This document shows positions 1-9,559 of a stretch of DNA of 20,000 nucleotides, piece after piece (the first letter of the stretch is position 1; every line of letters starts with the position of its first letter). The translations under genes were made by a program, and so were the position numbers. The notes below the pieces were generated by a model. It did not search any database and was not told where the DNA came from. It worked only from the letters and a program-made list of their open reading frames with translations. Location of the stretch: NCBI RefSeq assembly GCF_004010195.1, contig NC_057718.1:23521439-23541438 (forward strand). The letters run 5' to 3'. The stretch comes from Chiloscyllium plagiosum (Eukaryota).

Positions 1-292
1 CAAGATTAGGGACATATTTTTAAGGTGAGAGGAAAGAGATTTTAAAAAGACATGGGAACAAATCTTTTACACAGAAGGTGGTTCATGTGTGGAATGAACT
101 TCCTGAGGAACTGATGGATGTGGGTACAGTGACAAGGTTTAAAAAACATTTGGATAAGTACAAGAATAGGAAAGGTTTGGAGGGAAATGGGCCAGGAGCA
201 GGCAGGTGGGACTAGTTTAGTGTGGGATTATGTTTGACATGGACTAGTTGGACGGAAGAGTCTGTTTGCATGCTGCATGACTCAGTGACTGT
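1..292 (+). mobile_element. CR1-clade LINE (HER1-like), 3' end: ORF2 C-terminus plus 3'UTR, decayed
   Basis: Typical CR1 3' motifs: tttaaggtgagaggaaagagattt, ttttacacagaaggtggttcatgtgtggaatgaacttcctgaggaa (FTQKVVHVWNELPEE), catttggataagtac, and tail gtctgtttgcatgctgcatgactc. Homologous to the reverse complement of 17842-18106. Confidence 0.9.
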
Positions 293-632
293 GGACATTT
301 GGAGCAGGACTAAGGACTGTTTGAGTGGGACTGAGGTCAGTCAGAGTGGGACTGAGGACAACCGGAGGATCACAGTGTGACTGGAGTTGAATCCAGATTC
401 AGAACTCCAGAGGTGATGTCATGACTCAAAGTGACATAGTCTTGGCTGCTCAGAAACCAGGTTTAGAGACTGCGAGTCATGTCAGGAGGGAGACAGAGTA
501 TAAAGTATTTACTCTTATCATTGTAGTTTGTTAGGAATGGACAGTGAGAGTGAGAAATCTGGTTTTGGTGAGTAGTGGGTAAGGATGTAGAATTGGTTCA
601 TCGTGTGTTGGTTATGGTTGATAAAGTTCACA

Positions 633-1346
633 ATGGCAGGTGAATCCAGGCCTGTGGAATGCTCCTCCTGCAATATGTGGGCAATCAGGGATACTTCCAG
701 TCTCCGTGGCAACTCCATTTGCAGGAAGTGTGTTCAGCTGCAGCTCCTGATATGCCACACGGACCACCTGGAGCTGAACTCACTATGGAGCAGCCATGAG
801 GCTGGGAATGTTGTGGATAGCATGTTTAGCAAACTGGTCACAACACCAGGAAGGGTTACACAGCCAGAGGAGAGTTCAGTGACCACCAGAAAAAGGAGTA
901 ATTGTGGACAGACATTGCCTGTGGCCATTCCTATCTCAAATAGGAATATCATGTTGGGTATTGTTGGGAGGAATGGCCTCTCAGGGGGCAGCAGCAGCAG
1001 CAGATGAATGGCACCATGACTAGCACTGTTGTATAGCAGAGATGGTCAAAGTATAGACAAGCAGTGGTGAGAGGGGACTCTATAGTCAGGGGCACAGATA
1101 AGTATTTCACTGACCATGAGCAAGTCTCCAGGATGGTGTGATTACTCTCTCTGCCATGTGCTAATAAGGCCAGAAGTGGGGAGATAATGCAGATGAATGA
1201 GTGGCTAAAGAGCTAGTGTAGGAGGGAGGGTTTCTTTGAATCTTTGGGATCTATTCCAGGATAGATGAGACCTATACAAGGAGGGTTACAGGAGGGACAC
1301 CAATCTCCTCATAGGGAGCTTTGCAAGCGCCACTTGGAAGGGTTTA
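633..1346 (+). pseudogene. CR1 LINE ORF1 relic (CxxC-CxxC zinc finger plus SGNH/GDSL esterase-like domain), with stops and an internal deletion
   Basis: ATG at 633 gives MAGESRPVECSSCNMW...ICRKCVQLQLL (zinc finger). 1061-1108 gives AVVRGDSIVRGTDKYF (GDS block I). About 1180-1235 gives EIMQMNEWLKS*CRREGF. The esterase core appears deleted near 1140. Confidence 0.85.
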
Positions 1347-1351
1347 TGGTT

Positions 1352-1419
1352 AGGTGGTGGCCTTAGCGGTGTTATCGCCAGACTATTAATCCAAAGACCC
1401 AGGCAACGTTTTGGGGATC
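1352..1419 (+). mobile_element. 5' tRNA-derived head of a shark SINE, truncated
   Basis: ggtggccttagcggtgttatcgccagactattaatccaaagacccaggcaacgttttgggga, with an A-box-like start. A related head lies on the minus strand at 1972-2085. Confidence 0.6.
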
Positions 1420-1930
1420 TATACAGTCGGAAAGATGTGGAGGCTTTGCAGAAAGTGCAGAAGAGGTTTACCAGGATATTGCCCGGATTGCCGTGTATTA
1501 ACTAGAAGGAGCGGATGGACAAGCCTGAGTTGTTTTCGCTGGAGTGTCGGAGGCTGAGGAGCGGCCTGATAGAAGTGCATGAAATTATGAGGTGTTGATA
1601 GTCAGAGTCTTTTTCCCAGAGAGGAAATATTACATACTAAGAGGCATAGGTTTAAGGTGAGAGAGGGAAAGTTTAAAGAAAATGTACAAAGAAAGTTTTT
1701 TTTATGCAGAAGGTAGTAGGTGTCTGGATCATCTGACCAGAGGAGGTGGTAGAAGCAGATATGTTGGCAAAGTTTAAGAGCCATTTAGACAAACACATGA
1801 AAAGTCAGGGAATAGAGGGATATGGACATGTACTGGCAGATGAAATTAGTTCAGAATAACATCATGGTCAGCACAGACCTGGTGGGCTGAAGGGTCTGTT
1901 CCTGTTCCTTGCTGCTGTATGTTCTATGTA
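1420..1930 (+). mobile_element. CR1 LINE ORF2 C-terminus plus 3'UTR
   Basis: Encodes RKDVEALQKVQKRFTRILPGL...LFSLECRRLRSGLIEVHEIMR and ends in the ctgtatgttctatg tail. Homologous to the minus-strand copy at 19488-20000. Confidence 0.92.
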
Positions 1931-1971
1931 ATCAATGATAGAATCACCCACATTATATTCTAGAATTACTG

Positions 1972-2085
1972 ATTGAATTTAAATTCCACCTACTGTGTTG
2001 AGATTTGAACCCATGTCCTTCAAGCATTAATCTGTGCCCCTGAACTCTGGTCCATTGAATAGTATTGAAGCTCCACTCTGCAACC
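1972..2085 (-). mobile_element. tRNA-derived SINE head, decayed
   Basis: The reverse complement contains B-box-like gggttcaaatctc followed by gtggaatttaaattcaat. Confidence 0.55.
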
Positions 2086-2119
2086 ATTTCCCCACAGATA
2101 AATTAAACAAATCAATTCT

Positions 2120-2465
2120 GGACAATTGAAAAGGTTAAAGGAGATTTGGTTGAAATCTTCAAGACATTAAGGGGAACAGATAGATTACATTGAGAGAAAC
2201 TATTTCCATTGGATGGGAGGTGGAAGACTAGGAGCATTGCTGAAGTGTTAAAAACAAAACTTTCAGGAGTGAAATTGGAATAGACTTCTCAATGTAGAGG
2301 CTTCTAGGAGTTTGGAACCTTCTCCACAACGAGCTAGTTGTTAATATTGACAGTGAGATTGGTAGGCTTTTCTGAACCGAAGAGATCAAGGAGCAAAGGG
2401 AGGTTTATAGAGTTAGCTGATTATACAAGGTTTTATGATATGGAGGAACAGGCATGATGAGTTCT
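2120..2465 (+). mobile_element. Old CR1 LINE 3' fragment
   Basis: aggttaaaggagatttggttgaaatcttcaagacattaagggga (RLKEIWLKSSRH; the shifted frame gives GDLVEIFKTLRG), aaactatttcca, ttctcaatgtagagg...tttggaac. Confidence 0.7.
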
Positions 2466-3457
2466 ACTCTTGATTATCATTAACGAATCTGCTGCAGTTT
2501 TCATGGTCTTTTCATTCCATAAGTCATTAGATTTTATTGGATTCAATTTCACAATTTATCACAGTGGGATTTGAAATCCCACGGCAGCCCAGATTTTAAT
2601 CCTGTGTGATTAATTGAATGAGTATATCTCTGAATTCTGATCAAAATGCTTCACCTGCTGCAGTTTCACCTTCTGTCCAGCATGTGGCACGGGAAATTTC
2701 ATTTGTGTTTCAAATTTTCAATCTAGTGAAGATAATTTGTAGATATTACTGATTAATTCTTTATGGATCCATACATTTCTTAAATTTTATGCTCATTAGT
2801 GACCCATCATTCCATTGTGCAAGTTTGTCTTGTTTTCCTCCTCTTTAAGCCCCACTGATTTCCACTGGTAAGCCCCAGTTGCTAGTGGTTTCCATCTGTA
2901 TTCGCTAAGGAGAGTTGGTAATCTTGTTTTGTTGGTTGTTGTTCTTTCAGTTCTCTAGACATTTGCCATTTCTGTTTTGCTTACATTTCCACATAGACAC
3001 AGCTACTCCCCAATCTGGCTTTGTGCACTCCTTCACCCTACCACAGATAGACTGCAGCTCATTCATTTATTGTAAACCCAATTTTAATATCAACAAAAAA
3101 ATGCTGATGCAAATCCAGCCTGGGGCATATTCAATTCAGAAGATTATAGGTTTTATAGTTACCTCTGCCAAACAGAAACTAATTAAAAACAGGCAGAACC
3201 CCTGTGAAGATTCTGTTGAAGGGAAAAAGAGAAACCATGGGTAATGTGCTCCAAGGAGAACAAATCTTTCAACTAACATAATATTACACATTGTTAGAAA
3301 CAACTCCAAATTGTCTCTCTCCTCTCTGTTAATTGTTCCAAACAGTGACCATCTCAAACAAGAGAGAATCTAATTATCCCTTCTTGTCTTTCAATGTTAT
3401 TACTCTTGCTGAACCCCCAGGTATGAACATGCTCAGTTATTACTGAACAGAAGTCAT

Positions 3458-4430
3458 ATAAAAACTGTGGCTATAAGAGCAGGTCAGAACCTGAGAATTC
3501 TTCAGTGAGTAATCCGCCTCCTGACTTCTCAATGCCTTTCCACCACCTACAAGGCACAAGTCTTGAGTGATGACTGTAGATGCTGGAGATCATAGTCAAA
3601 GTGTGTGGTGCTGGAAAAGCACAGCAGGTCAGGCAGCATCCAAGGAGAGTCGACGTTTTAGGCATAAGGCCTTCATCAGGAATGAGGCTTGTGGGCCAAG
3701 TGGGCTGAGAGATAAATGTGATGGGGGTGGCAAGGTAGCTGGGAAAGTGATAGGTAGATGAAGGTGGGGGTGAAAGTGATAAGTCGGAGAGGAGGGTGAA
3801 GTCGATAGTTGGGAAGGAAGATGGACAGTAGGAAAGTTCAAGAGAGCGGTGCCAAGTAGAAAGGTTGGAACAGCCCGAAACGGGGATTCTCCTGCCCCTC
3901 GGATGCTGCCTGACCGGCTGTGCTTTTCCAGCATCATACTCTTCGACACAAGTCTGGAGTGTGATGGAGTACTCTCTACCTGCCTTGAGTTCTGACAACA
4001 CTCAAAAACTTTGACACCATTAGGTCAAGGAGGGTCACTTTACTGGCATCTCATTTAAAACATTCAACATTCGCTCCCCCCTTCATTGCTGCACAGTGAC
4101 AGTAGTGTGTACCATCACAGACGCTCCTGCGGTAGCACCTTCCAAATGCATGAATCTACCATCGAGACGGACAAGGGCAGCAGATACATGGGAACACTAC
4201 CAGCTGCATGTTGCCCTCCATGTCACACACCATCCTGATTTGAGAATATATCACTGTCCTTCAGTGTTGCTGGGTCAGAATCTTGGCACTCCCTCCCTAA
4301 CAGCACTGCACTTATACCGAATAACTGCAGCAGTTCAAGAAGGCAGCTGAGCACTATCGTTCCCAGGACAATTATGGATGAACGATAAATGCTGTCTAGT
4401 CAAAATTACTGACATCCACGAAGGAATAAA
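3458..4430 (+). mobile_element. L2/CR1-group LINE, 3' part (ORF2 C-terminus and tail), interrupted by a PLE fragment at 3565-3946
   Basis: TVAIRAGQNLRILQ*V...LSTTYKAQV | VWSVMEYSLPALSS...LKNFDTI reads through after the insert is removed. Tail is atggatgaacgataaatgct...catccacgaaggaataaa. Same family as 4760-5436 and 13575-14785. Confidence 0.85.
3565..3946. mobile_element. Penelope-like element 3'-end fragment with inverted terminal arm (fold-back) and two degenerate HHR motifs
   Basis: 3595-3663 is inverted relative to 3873-3947. Flanked by cacaagtct at 3555-3563 and 3947-3955 (TSD-like). Minus strand 3649-3683 reads attcctgatgaaggccttatgcctaaaacgtcgac. Confidence 0.8.
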
Positions 4431-4759
4431 ATTAATTGAGTATTTAATTATATTCGGGTGATGGGAATTAATCAGGGATACACTTGCACTCCTATTTATA
4501 AAGACAGATTGAAACTGTGGTTGTTGAGTGTGGAGATGCATGTTTACAAAGGCTCTGTAAATAATAGCTTACAAGTGCATGAAGATTAGACTCCAGTTCT
4601 ATTTTCACTACCTGGCTATCTTCCTGCTTAATCTGAATACCGAGCGCTCCTCAATTGTAACATTATAAAATCTTATCTTTACCAGCATTTCCTAAAGCAT
4701 CATATATATCTTCTGAATTTAGTCTTATGATTTTAAATGCAACTGTACAATGGCAATCG

Positions 4760-5436
4760 AACATTCACATCAAACAAGTGTCAAACAATTACCACCTCCT
4801 GCAAGTGAGAATCAACCATTTCCCCTCGACATTCAATTGCTGAATATCCCACTGTCAACATCCTGAAATTTAAATGAACAAGGCATATTAGTACTATAAC
4901 TGCAAGACCAAATCAGAAGCTTGAAATTCTTCTGTGAGAAACTCATTTTCTGACTCCCAAAGCCTATCTACTGTCTACAGACCAGGAGAGTGATGGAATA
5001 CTCTACATTTGCCTCCAGCACCTACAACATTCAAGATGCTCAGGACACAGCAGCTCACAGTTTATTAGCACACCAGCACAGTGGCAGCTGTGAGGGTCAT
5101 TTATAAAATGCACAGCAGCAACTCATCAAAGACTCCTTCAATAGCACCTTCCAAATCCATGACAAAGGGCAGCAGATGCATGATGACACCACCACTCGCA
5201 ATTCTCTTGCCAGTTACCCACTATTCTAACTTGAAATTACTGTCTTTCCTGCATTGATTCTCTGTCAAAATCCAAGAACTCACTTTCTCACAGCGCTGTA
5301 GGTGTGTGTACCCAATGTAATCTGAACTGCAGCAGTCAATCCTGGAATTCCCTCCCTCAGTGGGGGGACTGTGGCAGTTCAAGAAGGCAGCTCCACACCA
5401 CCTTCAGTGATGCCCACATCCCACAACTGAATCAAT
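4760..5436 (+). mobile_element. L2/CR1-group LINE 3' part, decayed
   Basis: Collinear with 3458-4430 (ctgactcccaaagcctatctactgtctaca...gagtgatggaatactct...gcagttcaagaaggcagct...gatgcccacatccc). The 3' segment appears duplicated around 5336. Confidence 0.8.
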
Positions 5437-5450
5437 GTTTTCAACGAATC

Positions 5451-5506
5451 AATCCTTCTTGGACATCAGTAATTTTAGCTAGGTTGCATTTATCGCTCAT
5501 CCATAA
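5451..5506 (-). repeat. Inverted copy of the LINE tail at 4372-4427
   Basis: The reverse complement matches 4372-4427 at 46/56 positions without gaps, including the unusual aaaattactga segment. Confidence 0.8.
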
Positions 5507-6769
5507 AAGTTTTAAAGGTTTCTAAAATTTTTTAATAACCATCTTGATTGAAAGTTCAGATGTGCAATTATTGCTGGCCTTGCCAGTGACACTCATATTT
5601 CAAGGATGCATAAATAAAAGCCTGATTATCAGTTTCTGGACCCCTTCATGGTTTGGGGGTATGGATGGCTCATTCATAGATAATGCTCATAGATGAGTCA
5701 TGGGTGTCCTCACTAACCTTGTTATCTAGGCTTGTGTTCAGTCACGTCACATGGCCGTAAATGGAAAAACTTGTCTGCTAATTATCCTATGCTTTTGGAA
5801 AGTATCCACTACCTTGATGCAATCCCTTTTTAGTACAAACCTTATTACAATTCTAAAGTATACAATGCATTTATTTATCATTGAGCAAGTAACATCTAAC
5901 AACATTTGATCAGTACATGAAATCTCTCTGCCCTCTCAGAAAGAAAAAGCAGGATATTTCCTACAGGTCAAACATTGACAACAACTTCTTTTATCATATT
6001 CTCCAAGTTCCTATTAGTTCTTTTTTACTTTGCACTTCTGTATGAAGCAAATCTCAAAGCCTTCTAGCTGTTTAAAGTTCTCAGGCCTGAATGACAGTAG
6101 GATTTGGAGCTGCTAGAGGTGCTAACCTTTACTAGAGTTTGGCAGTTTTAAAGAGATGAAACATTGCTTGTGATTCCCCAAACTGCAAAACCATCAAAAT
6201 TATCTGTGATCATCGGTAAAATAACCTTGCCAACCAAAGTAGGTTTGCCTCTGATAAATCCTGTCTGATTGCAACCAAATTCAGTCACAACAGGAGGATC
6301 TGAAATACTTTCGGGGGCTTGTGTTTATGACAACAGATCAGAAGCTGGAATTGAATGCTGCATTATCAGAAGCTGAAAATGTCAGGTTTCACTTTTTTCC
6401 GATCTGACCCGTTGAGTTTCTCTGTGGTTATTTTCACCTTTTTTCCTTACTTACTGCCATAGCCATATTGTTGAATTGCCTTTAAAAACGCAGGGTGTGA
6501 GTAAAGTCACGTTTATTCCTCAGTTTAAGTTATCTTGAGGATAGGGTGATGGGTTTCCTTTCATCCTTAATAAGAATTGTTTTTTGTTAAAACAACTGAG
6601 AGACTTAGAGTATTGCGATTACTTTTACAGTACAGATTGCACCTCTGCCTTTCCCAAAGATGTTTTATATGCTACATGTTATTTTTTACCTTTTAAATAG
6701 AATAAGCTGTGTTCCTAGAATCTTGAGTTCCAGACTGCTTGCCAATGTGTTTGTTGAAAATAATATTTT

Positions 6770-7158
6770 AGTTGGTATCATCCTCACTCTTAAGTCAATG
6801 GTTTAAGTCCCATGCACCCTTGTTGTATTGAGGGAGTTCCTCATTGTTAAAGGTGCTGCCTTCTGTATGCGATCTTAAACGAAGGTTCATCTTCCCTCTC
6901 AGGAGAAAATTAAAGATAGAATAACACTTCTCCAAAATTGAGCCGGGGTGTAATCCTGAAGTTCATCCAGTAATCAGCAACATACAAAACGCACCATCTA
7001 GTCAATATTTTTGTAGAAATTGCTGTGCTCAAATTGAATGTTACCTTCTCTACAATTTCACAATGATAGGACATTTCAAAAGTGTTCATTGACTGAATAA
7101 CTGTTCAGAATTCCCTGTGGATATGGAAGGTGCTGTGGAAATGTAAATCTTTCTTTCT
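6770..7158 (+). mobile_element. Deu-domain SINE (AmnSINE1/SacSINE1-like), old
   Basis: gtattgagggagttcctcattgttaaaggtgctgccttct...ttaaacgaagg...tctcagg...aaattgctgtgctcaaattg...ttcaaaagtgttcattgactg, with a gaaggtgctgtggaaatgtaaatctttctttc tail. Homologous to the reverse complement of 18200-18614. Confidence 0.7.
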
Positions 7159-7237
7159 ATTGCATTGCAGAATTAGCACAATAGGAAGTAATGGAGCAAG
7201 GTAAAATTTGTTTTTAACATTACAATGCTATTCAGTC

Positions 7238-7426
7238 AAACGGACTGCAGATGCTGGAATCTAAGGTAGACAAGCAGAAGGCTGGAAGAACACAGTAAGC
7301 CAGGCAGCATCAGGATATGGAGAAGTTGAAGAATTCCTGAGGAAAGGTTACACTTGAAAAGTTGACTTCTCCACCTCCTGCTGCTGCCTGGCTTGCTGTG
7401 TTCTTCCAGCCTCCTGTTTGTTTATC
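7238..7426. mobile_element. PLE-derived fold-back element (second subfamily) with a degenerate HHR in the loop
   Basis: Arms 7265-7326 and 7365-7426 are inverted. Starts with actgcagatgctgga. The loop contains ctgagga-aagg-ttaca-ctt-gaaa-agtt (7337-7363). Confidence 0.8.
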
Positions 7427-7502
7427 GCAAATCTGGGATTAGCAAACTGGTGGCTGAAAGGAGGTTTGCATTACACACGCAGAAACAGAAAGACTTTGAA
7501 TA

Positions 7503-7615
7503 GTTCTGATGTAAGGTAACCAATAAAATTTAACTGGAACTGTCTCACTTCACAGGCCTGCTAAGTATTTCAAGCATTTTCTTTACTTTTCTTACAGTTT
7601 GCAGTATTTTGCTAT
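7503..7615 (+). mobile_element. Very old PLE-end fragment
   Basis: ttctgatgtaagg...cacaggcctgctaagtatttcaagcattttc...tgcagtattttgc, similar to 9083-9355. Confidence 0.5.
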
Positions 7616-9082
7616 TATGTTACATTGGAGTAATCCCTAGTCTATGCTATTGATATAAGATCAAGAATAACTGCATATCAATCATGTAACAGGATAATTA
7701 ATGGGGCTTTAGAAAAGCATGATAGATTCAAATTTCCTGATTTTGAGCTTTGATGTAAAATCAATCCTTATTTTCAGTTCCCATAACTGTTTTCCTATCC
7801 TTTTATATATTTGTTTGATCATTTTTTACAATTTCTTGATTGCTTTGTTCTCCCATTTATCTCAGCTTGGGTGGAGACAAAACACTTTGCTATTTAAAAT
7901 AAATTATTCTTCCAGGTCAAAAGAGAGAAAAAAAACACTTTGAATCAAACTATCTTCATTTAAATTAAAATAACTAGTGCTGGAAAATTGATTTTTAGCA
8001 ATAGTAATTTTAAAGCAGCAGATCCGGAATTCACCATAGCAACATGATTATTATATGCTTTTGGGCTGTCTCCACATCAATTCCAAACAAATGGTCAGCT
8101 CAAAACCCATTCAAATAGTCTTTTGAATTGACACGTTTATTTTAATTAATTACTACACAGTTAATTACAAAAAGATGACTGCCCATTAAAGGGAACTGCA
8201 ACTTAATCAAATATAAAACAATGTCACAGCCATGATGTTGTATGTGGTACAACAGACAAGAAAATTGAATTAAATACAAGCAACATAATGTTCAATTATT
8301 AATATTTGAAACAATGCAAAGACAAGATTCCTGCATCTATCTCTGCAGAACAATTAGTTTATAGTGACAGCAACTCATTGCACAAACACTGCAGCCTGAC
8401 GTTTCAGGCAGCTCCCAATTACTTACGCACCAAAACGTTTCTGACCTTTTGTTGGCACAATGGTGCTTCAAGCTGCTCAATGCTGATATCTCTGTGACCA
8501 AATCCTCAACAATCCCACTGGCAGTCTTATTCGCTAATGAGAACATCATGTCTTGTAAATGAAATGCTTGACTTTTTGAAAGAATGTCACTTCTGCATGA
8601 GAAAAAAGTAATGAAAATAAAATGCGCTGCAAACTTTGAGCAAATTTTAGATCTGTGTTGATGTATTTGCAAATTTAGCTAACTGAAAGACTGGGCTCTA
8701 AGATATAGCATCAAAAGCAATGAGGCTCTATTGGCTACAGGAATACAACATAGTCGATTTCCCCTGGGAGTGCCCAGTTTCGAGTGCCAACCATTTCAAT
8801 GTAAAAGCCTGCTACTTTGAAAGCTCCTGGCCATCCTGCTTTCGGGAGAAGTTCACAGCTGTGAAATATTCGAGACATAAGATCAGTCAGATCCTCTCAA
8901 CCATAAATGGAATCATTACTATCTTTCTTGATGAATCAATGTTAGGTCTTTCATGTTATCGCGATGTCTCAAATCACTTTACAGCCAATTAAGTATTTTG
9001 GTTTACAGCAAATATCTAATTAGTGGACAGTAAAACCCTATAGTCAGCAAGGAGATAAATTACCAGATATTCCATTTTGGTT

Positions 9083-9355
9083 TCTGCTCTGAAGGCAGCT
9101 CACTGAACCTGAAATATTAACTCTGCTTACTCTCCACATATGCTGAAAATGTGTTGCTGGAGAAGCGCAGATTCTCCTGTTCCCTGGATGCTGCCTGACC
9201 TGCTGCGCTTCTCCAGCAACACATTTTCAGCTCTGATCTCCAGCATCTGCAGACCTCACTTTCTCCTCCACATATGCTGCCAGACCTACTGAGTTTTTCC
9301 AGCAATTTCTGATTTTGTTTTTGATCTCCAGCATCTGCAGTTTTTTGGTTTTCTT
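9083..9355 (+). mobile_element. Older PLE-end fragment with degenerate HHR and a 15-bp TSD
   Basis: Perfect TSD tattccattttggtt at 9068-9082 and 9356-9370. HHR relic ctgaagg...cctgaaatatt at 9089-9118. Ends ccagcatctgcagtttttt. Confidence 0.8.
9142..9266. mobile_element. Young PLE-end fold-back inserted in the older PLE fragment
   Basis: Perfect 29-bp inverted repeat at 9142-9170 and 9203-9231. Flanking duplication ctccacatatgctg at 9132-9145 and 9266-9279. Ends ctgcagacctcactttctcc. Confidence 0.85.
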
Positions 9356-9559
9356 TATTCCATTTTGGTTGTTGGTTGAGAGATAAATTCAGACCTGAAT
9401 ATGAGGACAATTCCTCCAGGAATGCTGTTTGATCTTTTATGTCCACCTGAGCATACATAGCCTTGTATAACATTCCATCTGGAAAACAACACCTCCATCA
9501 ACTGGACTCGTCTTTGAAGTATTATGTCAGGTCATGCGCTAAAGAACTTCAATAGGGCC

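Larger units (their letters stand above)
8960..9500 (-). mobile_element. Deu-domain SINE interrupted by nested PLE fragments
   Basis: gatgtctcaaatcactttacagccaattaagta...cagcaaggagataaattaccagata | tggttgagagataaat...gatcttttatgtccacctgag...acacctcc. Collinear with 18200-18614. Confidence 0.7.

Noticed and set aside
2915..3244. 109-aa ORF or possible exon ending at a gtaatg donor
   Set aside because: Non-ATG start, no recognisable homology and weak splice context.
3471..4001. Longest ORF (176 aa, minus strand) as a gene
   Set aside because: It crosses LINE/PLE junctions and low-complexity sequence, so it is a chance frame.
6100..6260. Degenerate palindromic MITE (ggattt...agagg / cctct...aaatcc; gtttggcagttt / aaactgcaaaac)
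   Set aside because: The arms are too gapped to distinguish from chance by eye, and there is no TSD.
8427..8533. Possible minus-strand exon (ttctcattag acceptor, gtaagt donor; ANKTASGIVEDLVTEISALSSLKHH...)
   Set aside because: The peptide is not recognised and no partner exons were found. Splice-like motifs occur by chance, so RNA-seq or BLASTx would be needed.
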